Positions 29,790-42,625 of a stretch of 64,000 nucleotides of DNA are shown piece by piece. The notes beneath the pieces are model-generated. The model was not told the DNA's origin and made no database searches. It saw only the letters and a list, made by a program, of their open reading frames with translations. The DNA is taken from the NCBI GenBank assembly GCA_010909165.1, contig MU008203.1:248001-312000 (forward strand), read 5' to 3'. The position numbers and the translations under genes are program-made. The number at the start of each line of letters is the position of its first letter. Position 1 is the stretch's first letter. The DNA comes from Anthoceros angustus. Its lineage: Eukaryota > Plantae > Anthocerotophyta.

Positions 29790-32180
29790 GCTCGGTCCCC
29801 AGCCCAGCCCAGCCCAGCCCGGCCCAGCCCGGCCCAACCCAGCCCAGCCTATCCCCAGCCCAGCGTTGGTGTCTTATGTGCAACGTCGTTGATTCTTGAG
29901 CAGTAAAGAAGTTGTGTGGCTGGCGCACTGTGACTGTGCGACCAACCCACCTTTCCTCCTTTCCTCCTTTCCTTGCTTCCCTGCCGCAGTGCGAGGTGCG
30001 AGGTGCGAAGCTGCGAGACAAACAAACGCCATGAATGTGTTGACCTAAATCCCGCCGCGGCCCGATTTCGGTGCCGTGACGGTGTGTGGGATTCACCATC
30101 CGCCTTGTCCACATATGCACAAGTCAAGCTAGGCATATGGCGCGCACTGCGTGTGCGTGCTGTGGCAGACCCGGCTCCGGCTCCGGGTCCGGGTCCGGGT
30201 CCGGGTCCGGCTCTGGCTCTGGCTCCGGCCCGAGATCGGGATCGGGCCAAGGCGTCTTAAATGCCGGTGCGCTCCCGGACCCGCACACGCCTCTCAAGAA
30301 TCGTGCTCAACGGAAGATTCTCGCTGCCAGCCGCTTGGAAGCATGCAAACTGCGCCCTGCGCAAAGGCAAGAAAGCAGGGCGGATTAGGCTGTGGTTAAG
30401 CACGTCGTTAAGCATGCTTTGTGACAGCCAACTAATAATTGTCGGTGTCGGGGTCGGTGTCGGTGTCGGTGTCGATGTTGGGTCCGGGAGCGGGTGGCAA
30501 TGGCATTGGTGGTGGTGTGGGTGTTTGAGTGGGTCCCGTTCCCGTTCCCGTTCCTCTCCCTCTTCCCCTTCCCCTGCTCTTGTCGCTAAGCTATAACCAC
30601 CACCGTGTGGCTTTTCCCCTAAGACGGTGCCCACGACGACGAGACGCAGCGAAGTTGGGCAGGGCCGGATACATACAAAGCGGCGAGGCTGGCAGCCGCA
30701 CGACACGAGGGCGGCATCGCATGTGGTACTGGGACTGGACCTGGTACAAGTATGATGCAAGGGCATTGGCATGCAAAGGAGAAAAATACTAATGGGGGCC
30801 ATCTGCTTCTCCGGGGATGGAGTCGGATACGGACACGGGCATGTGGGTGGCGAGGCCCTCCGGAAAGTGTTAAATCCATCAATGTGACAAAGAGGTGGAA
30901 GGTTGCCAGGAAGCCGCTACAGCGTACTGCAGCAGGCCCACGTCGTGATGCCCCTGGTTTCCAGCCGGGGCCGGAGCCGGAGCCTGAGCGGGAGCCGGTG
31001 CTCGCCGCAAGGCCCGCAAGCTGCTGCTCCGATGCCGACGCCGACGCCAGCGCCAGCGCCAACGCCAAACTCCCGGTGTTTCATATCCTCTCCTTCGCGA
31101 ATACGATAAAAGCGCAGCTAGCAGGGTAGCAGTAGCAGTAGCAGAGGTAGCAGTAGCCCATGCCAGGCCAGCAGGCCAGCGGGCCAGCAGGCCAGCGGGC
31201 CAGCAGGCCAGCGCCAGCGCCAGCAGGGAGGGAAGAAAAAAAACAGGAAACGCGGGTGCGGGTGGCTGGCGTAGCTACATAACATGTTACCTGGGATGGA
31301 TGGGATGGGATGGGATGGTGGCGGGCCCCGCGGGTGCCTGGGCAGGCGCGTGGCCCGCGCTGCCCCTGCCTGTGTGTCTGAGCGCCACGCCGCTCCGGAC
31401 ACAGCCTGCCTTGCGCCAACTCCAAATCTATGGAAAGGCTGTGCTGCTGGTGCTGCTGGTGCTGCTGCTACTGCTCCTCTGCTATAGCTGCATTCAAAGG
31501 GAAAGGCAGGTGCAGGTGCAGGCGCAGGCGCAGCTGCCTGCTACTGCTGGCCATGGGGCCTGAACCTGGGGCCTGAACCTGGGGCCTGGGGCCTGGGGCC
31601 TGGGACCTGGAGCTTGGGGCCTGGGGCCGGGGCCCTGGGCAGTGCGCCCTCCCCTCCCCTGCCCTGCCCGATTCTGCCTGAGCCTGTGAGGCCTGATGAG
31701 AGAGGGGACATGAGGCTGCGCAGGGGAGTGTGCACTGCACAGCTCCGACTTCGGGACCAGGTGAGAATGATACGAGACGAGTAGGGAAATCGAACACACA
31801 CCGCCTCTCACAGGCTCATCAAGCTCGGGCGCAGGCTCAGGCTCAGGCTCAGGCTGCCCTGCCAAGGCCTGACAGATGCCATGGGATGACATGGATTGCA
31901 GGAATGGGAATCCTATTCCAAGTCACACCACATGCCAGCCACTCACTTGTCGCCGGGGGCCCCCTGCCCTGCCCCTGCGATGCCCAAAAAGCCCAAAAAG
32001 TCAAAGAAAGTAAAAGAATATTAGGGCCCGCCTACCTCTACTCATCACTCTCATCATCGAAGTCAGCTCGACTGTTCATTTCACTTCCCCGCACAACCGG
32101 CAGCACTGCAGTGGCAGTGGCAGACTAGCACACTATCAGTCTAGCAGACTATCAGTCTAGCAGACTAGCAGTGGCAGTGG
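29790..32180. repeat. Dense cluster of short GC-rich simple repeats: (CCCAG)n, (CCGGGT)n, (GGTGTC)n, (GCCAGC)n, (GGGAT)n, (TGGGGCC)n, (CAGGCT)n
   Basis: Read directly; the long ORFs here are low-complexity products of these repeats. Confidence 0.8.
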
Positions 32181-32566
32181 CTGGGGAGCACATATCCGCA
32201 TTCCGGATTTTCATTATTAATCCGGGCCCCCATCCCTGACAGGTATCAGCTGGGTCCGGTGAGTGAGTTGTATGTGATCATCATGCTGGCTTCGCCCATC
32301 ACAAGGCCACCTTCATGACAACACAAAGAAAGGCATTCGCTCCAGGACAAGGCGCCCTTTCATCATCATCGTCCAAGCTGGGAACGGGTGGCAACATTCA
32401 TACCCCCCACCCTCCACATTTTTTTGTCCGACAGGTACATGAACGGACCCGGTTACAGCCACAACAAATGAGTCAAGGAGAGGAGGAGGAGAAAAATTGT
32501 AGCCAGGGCCTGTGCTAACCTCATTGTGTAGTGTAGTGCGTACACTATAAGCTCTCATAAGACTGG

Positions 32567-33892
32567 CTATGGCTGGGGAGGTGCCTGAGGAGAGCAATTC
32601 AGGGTCCAGTCGGGCTCCAGCGGCACCCGCAGGACATGGTACTCGTCACCCGTGTCGCACATACTCTTGTCGCGCACATGATCCCACTTGTCGTCCAGGA
32701 AGTCGTACACTACCATCTCAAAGCATCCTTTCTCGAATTTGGTGAAGTAGAGTCTGTGCTTGTCCGCCACACAAGTTGCAGTCCTGGGCCACCCGAGGGA
32801 CACGAACTCCTCCGGCATTTCGGCTATCAAAGCCCAGTCCACCATCTTCTCCAGCTCCGCCACTGTGTACACGCTCACACGATTTCGGGAGCTGATGTCA
32901 ATCACCACCAGGACGGTGCCCTGCCACTCCAAAAGGTTTGTCACGTAGTGGAACTTCAACGATGGGATGGGCAGGGAGGTCCACGTCCTCTTCTCCAAGT
33001 CGCATTTCATCACCGCCATCCTCTCCCCCATCTTGCCCAACCCGATGCAGTAAAGCGCTCCGTTGCACACCACATTCGCTCCATACGGCCGCAGGGGCAT
33101 GGGTGCCAAGAAACACCAGTGGCCTAGAGTGGAGTCGAACACGTAAGTGTTCCTCACCGGCTCCACCAACACCACCTTATACGCCTTGGAATTCCTGTCC
33201 AGAATCATGCGGAGAAGCAGCGGAGGTAACGCAGATGCACCATCCGGCAGCGGCGGCAGCTCCGTCCACTGCCCCGTCACGGGATTGCACACGGAATAGG
33301 ATATGATGTCCAGAAAATGCCGCTTGAAGCTCAACAAGAGCAGGCCTCCAGCACCCGTGGCCTGCCCGCACGGTTTCACATTGGAGGGGAAACAAGCAAG
33401 CGGAGGAAGCTTCTTCCACTCCCTCCTCTCGTAGTCATACGCGATGCATCCCTCCTTCGGCGCTGGTGCAGCATCCGGCAGCATGTTGTGGAATGTGACA
33501 AACAGAGGGCAATACGTTCCTCCCACTGACCTCTTATTCAACATCTCCAGAAAATCCGCAGAGAAGAGATACGGCTCCTTCCATCTCTTGCACAAGCTCC
33601 GCAACTGGCAAATCTTGGACAGCGGGAGGTGCGCTATCACTCTGTCCAGTATATCCTCCGGAAATTTGCTCCATAATCTCTCATCCATTCTCACACTGGT
33701 GGACGACTCCATGTGCTGCAGGAACAGCGACTCCACCGTGGCATCCCAGCCGAGCCACGGCCACTGTCCCTGTCCCTGCCCCTGCCCCGGCACCTGGGAC
33801 GCGTCGCCACCGCCGCAGGAGCGGAATCTTCCATGCATAAAAACATCTCTCGCCCGCTTCGGGAACCCCAGCTGAATGTCCATCCCGTGCAT
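32567..33892 (-). CDS. F-box protein with C-terminal kelch/FBA-like beta-propeller; single coding exon
   Basis: F-box motif LWSKFPEDILDRVIAHLPLSKICQLRSLCKRWK, followed by GAGGLLLL...VCNPVTGQWTELPPLP and ...VVYDFLDDKWD repeats. The ATG at 33892 follows a pyrimidine-rich acceptor. Confidence 0.9.
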   Translation of the reverse strand: MHGMDIQLGFPKRARDVFMHGRFRSCGGGDASQVPGQGQGQGQWPWLGWDATVESLFLQHMESSTSVRMDERLWSKFPEDILDRVIAHLPLSKICQLRSLCKRWKEPYLFSADFLEMLNKRSVGGTYCPLFVTFHNMLPDAAPAPKEGCIAYDYERREWKKLPPLACFPSNVKPCGQATGAGGLLLLSFKRHFLDIISYSVCNPVTGQWTELPPLPDGASALPPLLLRMILDRNSKAYKVVLVEPVRNTYVFDSTLGHWCFLAPMPLRPYGANVVCNGALYCIGLGKMGERMAVMKCDLEKRTWTSLPIPSLKFHYVTNLLEWQGTVLVVIDISSRNRVSVYTVAELEKMVDWALIAEMPEEFVSLGWPRTATCVADKHRLYFTKFEKGCFEMVVYDFLDDKWDHVRDKSMCDTGDEYHVLRVPLEPDWTLNCSPQAPPQP

Positions 33893-36727
33893 CACACCTT
33901 GCAAGTACACAAAAAAAAAACCCGACCGACCTGAGCCCGCTGGCCCGGCCGGTCTTCCACCGACTCCAAATCCTTCAACCCTACCACACCGCCTCAGTCT
34001 TTACAAGCACGCGCCTCCTCAACTCCACCTGACACAATCTTGAACAAATCCAGGGATTCCAGACCAAACCTTCCGCCAATTGGCGGAAGGGCAAAAAAAT
34101 GTCACAGCAGCTGACAAGACCGCGAGACCGCGAGACTGCAGATCAAATTCTCCGCATCGGAAGCAGGAATACAGCTCCCATGCAACAACGCCGTAATCAG
34201 GACGGGAAACAGACACACCGCATCATCCTCACCACAGACTATCCTCCGGCCGCAAAAAAGAAACAAGTCCTACTTCCTACTAGACGACGTCACGGAAAAC
34301 CGGCATCCCCGTGCCGGCCAAATTTGAGGAGGCAACAGACCGGAGCTGCACCACAGGAAGCTCACGCACAGAAACCTGCTCCTCAACAACCGGCGGAAAG
34401 CAGACTTGAGACCAAGAGCCGAGCCGGAAGAAAACCAAACCAAGTCAGAGAAGGCGGCCTCGGCCTCACGCCTCACGCCTCAAGCCTCACGGCAGGCGTG
34501 AGTAGATCTAACCGCCTGCGCGCGAGAAAGAGGCGCGCACCGGTTCTCACATTGCGCCGGCGCCAAGACCGGAAACCGCAACAAAACAACCTTGCCTTCT
34601 CCCACACGCGGCAGGCGACGCGCACACACACAAATCACACACACACACACAAAAACAACAAACACAGATCCGGGTGACGACGCAACTTCTCTCAAATTCC
34701 CGCAGCCGGCAGCAGAATATCCGCCTCTTCCCGTCCCGTCCCGGCCGCCTCCCCTGCGTTTCCTCCCGGATGCGGCAGGATCCGAGTCCGGCTCCCCGGG
34801 GGCGCTCCTGCGCAGCCCGTGCCGGTCCTGCAGCGCGGACAAACTGCAACCTACCTACCCGCACCCGATCAATCACCTCACCACACCAGACCAGACCAGA
34901 CCAGACCACGCCACGCCACGCCACTCCACTCCACTCCACTCCACTCCGCACCAAAGGCCAGTGCGCACCACCCCGTGGCAAGGCAAGGTACTGCCCTCGC
35001 TGTCACGCCCCCGTCTCCCCCGGATTACCCCTGTAATTGCGAGGCGAAAGCGGGAAGAGCGGGGCTGCCCGCACAGCAGCGTGCGCAGCCGCATTCGTCG
35101 CTGCCATCGCCAGCAAGAACAGCCTTGCAAGCCTTGCAAGCAGGCCGCGCCCAAGGCTGCCAGGCAAACGCAGGTTTTGCGATGAGGCTTCGGCCGCAGC
35201 TGGGGCTGGGGAGGTGAAGGGAGGACGCGCAAGGAAAGAAAAAGGTTAAACCATCTGGCCGGTAATTAACGGGCCCGGGCCCCGGTACGCCCACCACCCG
35301 GCCCGACCCGGCCCGTCACATATACACTGTATGTGCATCGGTGCCCACGGTCCACTCCGATTATTCTCTCCTGCCACTCCCACTCGCCCGACGGCCCGAC
35401 GGCCCGACTCGACTCGACTCCCGAGTCCCGTTTTTTGGATCCAACAGTATCTGTGTCGATTTGATTGTTTTCAGGGATAGGTCTGCCCCGTTTAGGCTCG
35501 ACGCATCGGAAACCGGCGTCCCAGCGAATCTTCCTCATAACCTCATATAAGGCGCGAGACCATCTTTCAGTATTCTACTCCACACCACAGGACATGGATG
35601 ACTGATTAAGAGGAATATTACAATGTGCCATCGCTTCACAATACAAAAAGTCTTTGTCCTTACATCACAGCACAATCGCCATTGTCCTCAGCCTTCCGGC
35701 TTCTCGAAACTTTGTCTCATCCACAGGACTCGCTGGAATCGCTCATGCCAGGTTTAGCTTACTTGCAACGGTAATCCCAAGCTCCAAGTTCCAACCCAAC
35801 AAATGGGCAATGGCCGGGTGTTGGGTGTGTGAAGTGAAGCTTTTGTGGGATTGATGATCTGACGTTGGGGCGGTTGCATTGGGGAATTCATGGGCGTTAG
35901 TGCGGATTTTTCGAAGTCATGTGCGTTTAATGGGGTACAGTACAGCGAGCGAGTTTAATGTGGCAGTGCGCGTGTGAGCAGCAGCAGCACCACCACCACC
36001 ACCCACTCCCTGGGCGCAGCCATTAACCCATTAACCCTAATCCGGGCCCCGGGCCCGGGCCCCGCGCGGGAGCCACGTGCGAGGCCGCAGGGGGGTGATG
36101 GCGGGCCGGGCGGCATGGGACCAGGCGCCGCCCGGGCGGTGGGCTCTCGTGTATGTGTATCGCGGCGCCCAATGGGGCGGGGTCAAAACTGACACGCACA
36201 GCCTGCTCGCCTTTTTGGTCTGTCTGAGCAGGAGCTCGCTGGATGATGAGTTCCCGGGCCCATCCATTTATTGTATTTTATGCTGGTGAATAAATAAAGC
36301 ACGCGTCGATGACGATGTGAAATTACTGCGATAACGCTGCCCGTTTACAGTCCCGGCCGTGGCCGTTTCACACCGCCGGACGGGTGGCGTGTCCTCATGG
36401 CGGTGCAACGAGAGCTGGACGCGTGCGTCGCCAAGTGGACGCGTCCACGCTCGAGACGAGCGATCGAGGCCGTGGGATCGTGCACGGCGGCGTCGCGGCC
36501 GGCCGATCGTGGCAGAGCGCGGGGGCGTGGAGGTGAGGATCGGGGGCTGGAGTGTGAGGACTTCTTTGCGATTTGCAGTTATTTGGATGTTGATCGGAGT
36601 TCAGTGAGCGCTTTGGTGTGGATCTTGATTTTGGAGGAGAGTTTGGATCTGTTGTGAGTGCTGGAAGGGGTCGGGATCGATGAAGGAGCTGCATTTTTTG
36701 TTGGCCTTGCGGAGATAGGCGGAAGAA

Positions 36728-38946
36728 ATGGCTCAGGGGGAGGCGCAGTGGAGGGTGAATCCGGCGTTCGAGGAAGTGCAGGACGAGGATCTGAGCAGCG
36801 GCAATGCCGGGATGGCGGGGTTGGAGTTGGAGCTGGCTGCGGCTCGGCAGATGGAGGAGAGTCTGGCCAAATTAGGGCTGGCGGAAGGGGGAGGGGAGGG
36901 GGAGCGGCTTGCTGTTGCTGCAGCTCAGGCGCGGGATCCGGATGTGCAGCGCGGGGTTGAGGCTTATTTTGATGATGTGCAGGATATCATCAGGCAGGAG
37001 GAGTATGCGGATTCCTCGTCCGTGGTGCACGTCGGGCATGCGGCGAGGAGGAAGCACCTGGATTTGGCCAGGACGGAGAAGATGTCGCAGACGGAAGTGT
37101 ATCTGAACGTGGAGGACGCGAGTGGGGAGCTGGTGACTTGTCACGCCGTGGTGCATACGGATACTGTGGTGAAGGAGGAGGGGCCTGAGTTTTCGGTGAC
37201 GAAGAAGGAGTCTGGGACGCAGCTCATGCTTGGGAGTGCGGACGCGAGTGCCATAGCTCCCTGCTTGGATCCCAGACGTGTTCCCGAGGAGGAAGCGGCG
37301 TTCTCGCCGCCTCTTCCCAGAGCCGGGGGAGGACTGGTGGAGGTTGAGGCCGGGTGTGGTGAGAGTGCGGTGCCTGAGACCGGGGGAGAGGGTGCTGGCC
37401 CTCGGGTTCCTGCAGGTGCGGTGGAGAACGGAGCGTTTCACAGTGAGGCCGTGGATTCTGAGTTAACGTATCCGGTGACGCCGGAGGAGGGGTTGGATGA
37501 TGAGCTGGAGTTGCAGCAGAACATTGTTTTGGACGCCATTCAGGCCTTTCGAGTCGATGCAACGGCTGTACAATCTCAGCGGGGAGGGGCAGGAGGAGAC
37601 GGTGACGGGTCGGAGGTTGCCAGGACTCTCCTGGTTGGCTCGCAGGAGGCTCTGGCCCTCGGTGGTCGTCCTGACGATGGTGTGTACTTTGGTCCTGGCT
37701 CTGCGTATCCGGAGGGAGGTAACTACGTAATAACCAGAGATGCTGCTGCGTTCGCCGACCAGGGACTCGCAGACATCGTGTCCAGTAACCTGGCAGCTGC
37801 AGAAGTGGATGAGGAGCAGGCGGGGCTCGGTCACAAGAGTGCCAGCTTAGCTGAAGGTGACTTTGCGTTAGGGGGCTCTCACCAGCAACAGCAGCACAAT
37901 GTTGCGGCTGCCAGACCAAGCATCTTTGGGAATGAGCCCAGGAAGATGGTGGATCTGCAGCACTTGGATGAATACTTTGTCAAGGAAGCGGAGTCGAGAG
38001 AGATTGAAACCTTTCTGAATGAGACCGAGGAAGAGAGGGACGTTGATGAGCTTCTCGCTGACAAGCCAGAGACAGCTGGCCTCCATGAGAGTTTCTCCAG
38101 TTCACGCGTTGAAAATGTCCAAGACACTGCCAGGCCAGGTCTGGTGTCCTTGGATGACACCAGGTTTGCTGGAGCCGAGGAGACTTTGCCTTCGGACCCT
38201 GGGCTTTCAGGTTCAGCAGATGTAGAGATTCCTGTTGGGCCCAGCCCGCAGCAGGGGCGGCAGATTGCACACACTCTTGAAAAGGCTGGTATTATTCCCG
38301 AGGTGCTAGATAAGTTCACGTCCACAACAAGTATGCTCATCTACTACGGCAAAGGACCAGCGGTAAGTCTTTGAGTGGTTCCAGCTGGGACCAACGTGCG
38401 CCTCCGTGTTTCGTCTCTTTATGCTGAGCTGTGGTATCTCATTGTACAGCTTCGGAATGGTTCAACACTGACTAAAGAGCAAGTTGCAGCTGAGCCACAA
38501 ATTGTGATAGAAGGCGCATTTGTGATGCCCGGAACTACCTACGCGTTAGCTCTGGTGGATGCGGATGCGAAAAGGGCCGTTGATGGAGAAAGACTAGAGC
38601 GACTTCTCTGGTTGAAAATCAACATCCCGGGTCCTCAGGACATGGGAGACACCGGTAAGATACGTGCCAATCCCAGACAAGCTGTGCATCGCATTCGTAT
38701 TTCAAGTGCTGACAACAGACATATGGAACAGGGATGATAGCTGCTGGTACCAGTCTGGTGGAGTACGAAGCTCCAACAGCCAAGAGTGACAAGGTGCATC
38801 GTTACCTCTATGTCCTGTTCAGGCACAAGAACAACAAGTTCAAAGTGCCTGCTGATAGGGAGGCATTTAGCTGCCGCTTGTTTGCAACAGTTCATGGACT
38901 CACACCCATAGCTGCGGTTAATTTTACAGTAGGCAGTGCAACATAG
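36728..38946 (+). CDS. Divergent PEBP-domain protein with ~520-aa acidic N-terminal extension (681 aa); exons 36728-38362, 38450-38654, 38741-38946
   Basis: The C-terminus follows the PEBP fold pattern: GIIPEVLDKF...LRNGSTLT...YALALVDADA...LWLKINIPG...LVEYEAP...VHRYLYVLFRH. Two GT-AG introns join the three ORF pieces in frame. Confidence 0.8.
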
Positions 38947-39235
38947 GTAGCCAATCGTTTGGAATCTTTCTAGCCCCTTCACGGATTGGAGCACAGCTAC
39001 CGACTCCGAAGGTGAACTACCTCTGCATAGGTTCTTGTGCCAGATCTCACACAGGCAGGAAACCTACAGAGATTGCCAAGCGACCCGGGAAATGGGTGTC
39101 AAGCTTGCTCTGAGGTGATACTGCGGACTGTAAATACAAGAGCTGCAGTATCAGGGTAGCCTTCACGTCCGTTGATGTATAGAAAGCCACAGGGCGCAAA
39201 AGCTGTTATTGTTTGGTCACGGGACATATGTAAGC

Positions 39236-40553
39236 CTACAAACCTTTTTTGGTACAGTGCCGGTCTCCTCCAACCTTTATGCAATGCGTGTAACCCACAC
39301 TGGTCATGAAATCCAGTATTTGCTCGCTGCTCGATTTACTTTCTGTGAGAAGCCGTTCATCGTCCTCATATATTACATAGGGGGAAGTCTCAGGCGGCCT
39401 TGCCAGCAGGCGTACTGCCCCTTTAAGTACATGATACTCCCAACCTTGGACGTCAACTTTCAAAAGCAGCACAGGTTCATCTTCAGGAACAATGGAATCT
39501 AGAGTTACGGTCTCAACAACAACAGGAACCACCTCACTTGATTTGAATGTCAGGGCTGCTCCAGTGGCCGACACAGCACTGTTATCCAGCCTCCCAATCA
39601 CCTGCAAGCAGCGGGATACATACCAGACCATGTCAGACCAAGGTCCACAGGAAAGACGCAACCTTTCAGCAGGCCAGAATAGCGTGGTCCATGGACCAGT
39701 ACTCAAGCAAGACGCGCTCAGTCAACATCATCCAAGCTCTCTCCTTCTCGACAGTGTCCACATTCCCAAAACCAGAGAACGACAGGGTCACGCGGTCCAA
39801 TCACAGCTGTAGCATACCCTACAGACTTCGAATATGGGAAACCTAATCCGCGGCGATGACGTTGCCTACCTGATGGAGAGTGATGTTGCCAGCTTGATCC
39901 GACACAGCAGCCTGGTAAAGCTTCACAAGATGTCCCACCCGGTTCAAGTAGAGTCCGTCACACAGCCTCTGCAGGTTCTCAAACACCGGCTCAAAAGCAA
40001 GTACTCGGCACCCCATAGCAGAGGCGGCAAACGACGCCATCCCGATGTTAGCACCGACGTCAACAACCAACGCCGCCTTCCGCTCCGCACTGGAGGCATT
40101 CGGAGCCAATTTGTCGAGCAAATCCTGCACAGTTTGGGATATAGCCGGCTTCTGGAAGAACTTTCCCTTGATCATGCGCTGGAAATTCTTCACCGGCTTC
40201 TCAGCTGTGCCTAGGTCATTAATGGAGATAAAGAAGGGGTACCGCATTCCCTCCACCTTGTGAGCGAACACGGGAGCCCGCTGCGGCAGAGTCCAGCAAT
40301 CTACGGACTCAACAGCATCATCACCGCTGTGCAGGCCGCTCCAAAGCGAGGACTGGTGCGAACCGAGCATAGACCGCTGCTCCCTGCCATCGCTCTCAGG
40401 CGACGCGCTGGGAAACTGGCCGAGGAAAATGCCGGCTAGGATCGCAGAGCCTCCCAGAAGAATGAGCACCCCGCAATAGAGGCATCGTTGAGACCCAGGA
40501 TGCCTGGCTGTTGTCTCCCTGCGACTCACTCCCGCCGCTTTGCCAGCATTCAT
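39236..40553 (-). CDS. FkbM-family SAM-dependent methyltransferase with N-terminal membrane anchor; exons 40553-39870, 39601-39236
   Basis: Transmembrane stretch LYCGVLILLGGSAILAGIFLG; VVDVGANIG, VLAFEPVFEN and LLKVDVQGWEYHVLKGA motifs. Confidence 0.9.
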
Positions 40554-40778
40554 CACTAGGTTCTACCTACCACGCGGTCCCAGACGGCAGCTTCACGACC
40601 CAGTCGTCTTGGTGTTGCAACAGTCTATACTCGCCGGCACCGGCAGCAAAAAACTTTTGGGGCAGACGCTGCTGTGGCTGTGGCCGGAGCCGTTACGCTT
40701 CGATCTCAACACTGCGTGATTTGTCTCCTCCATCGCTGAACAACCAACTCAAATGAAAACATAACCGAGCGATGCAAT

Positions 40779-41061
40779 GGAGTCAGGACCGAGCTGCAAC
40801 GGACAAACATGCTTAACCCCAGAACGTCCAAGGAGTTCAAATCGAGTCACTGCGTCCAGGTTTGAAGTTTGAATGGCATACTCCACATACCAGGAACCCG
40901 TCGTTCGGTCACGGATTGATTGACGGGCAGCCCGCGGGCAGGCGGTCACGAACGTTGGAAGCGACTATCACGGCCTAGCCTCGTGGAAGCCTGTCTGCCA
41001 CAAGAAGTGTGGAATGTTGAGCTGCTACAGGCGCCAAGGGCCTCACAGGGTCCCGATTTGA
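40779..41061. repeat. Non-coding element, copy 1 (paralogous to 48922-49157)
   Basis: Shared collinear blocks GGAGTCAGGACCG, TGCAACGGACAAACATGCT, GGAACCCGTCGTTCGG, CACGAACGT, CCTCGTGGAAG, AATGTTGAGCTGC, GATTTGA. Confidence 0.8.
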
Positions 41062-41379
41062 TCAACAATTCACCACGCCCCTTTTCTGCCAGTGAGCTGC
41101 ACAAAAACAACCTCCCTTCCTCAAGTCGGGACGTGATTGCAGATCCCTACACACTTCTGCTGGTGATGCAACACCAGGTTCATCCCGCATATCTTTTGTG
41201 AGTTTTAGTCTCCTTGTAACGGAGGAAGTCTGTAAAATGTGTCCTAATTCAATTATCTTAGCAGCGATAAGAGATTTCAAGTATGCAAATCGTTATACTT
41301 CGAAATTTAGTTTCAAGTATCTATGGTCTTCTTCTTCCATCCTCGTGTTTTGAAGTGTTCATTTTAGTCTACAACATTC

Positions 41380-42604
41380 ATTGAGATGGAGCTAGTACGC
41401 TCCTCTACTTACCGGTGTCCCAAGTTCAATTGGACTTTTTCTGCCTTCCCGTGCTACGAAAGAGATGGTTATGCCGGTACCCTGCGCCGTGCTTTACACA
41501 AGATGATATTCAAGATATCAATTTCCGGAAGCAGCTTTTCAACACACTTTATCATACTTGGCGCTAAAATATGGGCCAGAGTCTCTCCTCTTCCTCTTGG
41601 GCTAAGGTGGAAAAGGTATAAGCCTCTTTTATTCGGGCTCACATTATTTGTAAGCGCTCAACCCCCTTTAACTTGCCTCCTTTCCCCTTGAGCTTGATGG
41701 TCTATTTGGCTTATCCTGTTTTCTTTACGCCTCCACCCCCTCGACATTACCACCCCCAGCTCTCTTCCCTACCATCTTCTTGCCTACAGGTCTTCCCACT
41801 CGCTTTGGCTCAACACTGACTCCTATGCATCTTTTTGTTGGTTCTCCCAAACCACTGTTCGATTTAACAGGCTCGAGTTTGAACCTTTTAGACTCCCAAT
41901 TTGGCCCACTTCCACCGCTTCCTCTTTCTCACCTCCCTCCCAACCATCTCAACCGGCGGGACCTCAAATTAAGATGCCTTCGTCTCACATGGTACCCCTC
42001 TCATTTGCCCCTCCTCTAATGCCCAGACTCCATTCCTACAAGGAGGAGTTTCGTGATAATCCCCCCTCTGGTTTCCTTGCTTTACCTCGTTTCCTCGGTT
42101 TCCCTCTCTCCTTCAAGCTGCGCACCCTCATTGGTCAATTCCGTGTTAGCTCCATCACCTCAATCGAAACGACCGCTGGCTTAAGCTTGCGCCTCCTTAG
42201 GATGCTCGCATTTGCAAACTCTGCTCCCTTGGCACTGAGTCTAAACCACACTTCCTCTTCTATTGCTCGGCCTATGCTTCTATTCGGGCTCGTTAGTGTC
42301 TTGTTGTCGAGTGTGCTGGTATTTCCTTGTGCGTACTCTTTTCCTTTCATAATCCTAAGCTCACTGATCTTTTTCTCTTCGAGCTTCTTGATTATCGGCA
42401 GACCTGTTGGACTCTTTACAAATTTTTTTCACTCTTTTTTTCTTCTTATAGCTTTCACTCTTTTTTTTGGGTCTTATCTCAAACAGTCTTTTATCCCTCT
42501 AGTTCAGACATATGTATGTGTATGCCGTGTTTCACCTTTGTTTACGCCGCATTGTTTCTGGTCCTTCCACGGTCTATGGACACAAATACAGTTATTGTTG
42601 TTGT
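41380..42604 (+). mobile_element. 5'-truncated non-LTR retrotransposon (LINE) ending in a (TTG)n tail
   Basis: Degraded post-RT ORF2 sequence (INFRKQLFNTL, RTLIGQFRVSS...IETT). Clearly homologous to 46300-47046 and shares the 3' end CTCTAGTTCAGAC-TATGTA-GTGTA. The 5' boundary is approximate. Confidence 0.8.
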
Positions 42605-42605
42605 A

Positions 42606-42625
42606 GCATTGGTGGTCTAGTGGTG
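42606..42625 (+). pseudogene. 5' half of a tRNA-Gly-like Pol III unit interrupted by the LINE
   Basis: GCATTGGTGGTCTAGTGGTG is a typical tRNA-Gly 5' acceptor strand plus A box. Confidence 0.65.

Noticed and set aside
31880-31934. Imperfect ~55-nt hairpin, candidate pre-miRNA
   Set aside because: Too many bulges, short stem and no match to conserved miRNAs I know.
32567-33892. Possibility that the F-box gene is an LCR-like miR394 target
   Set aside because: I did not find a miR394 complementary site.
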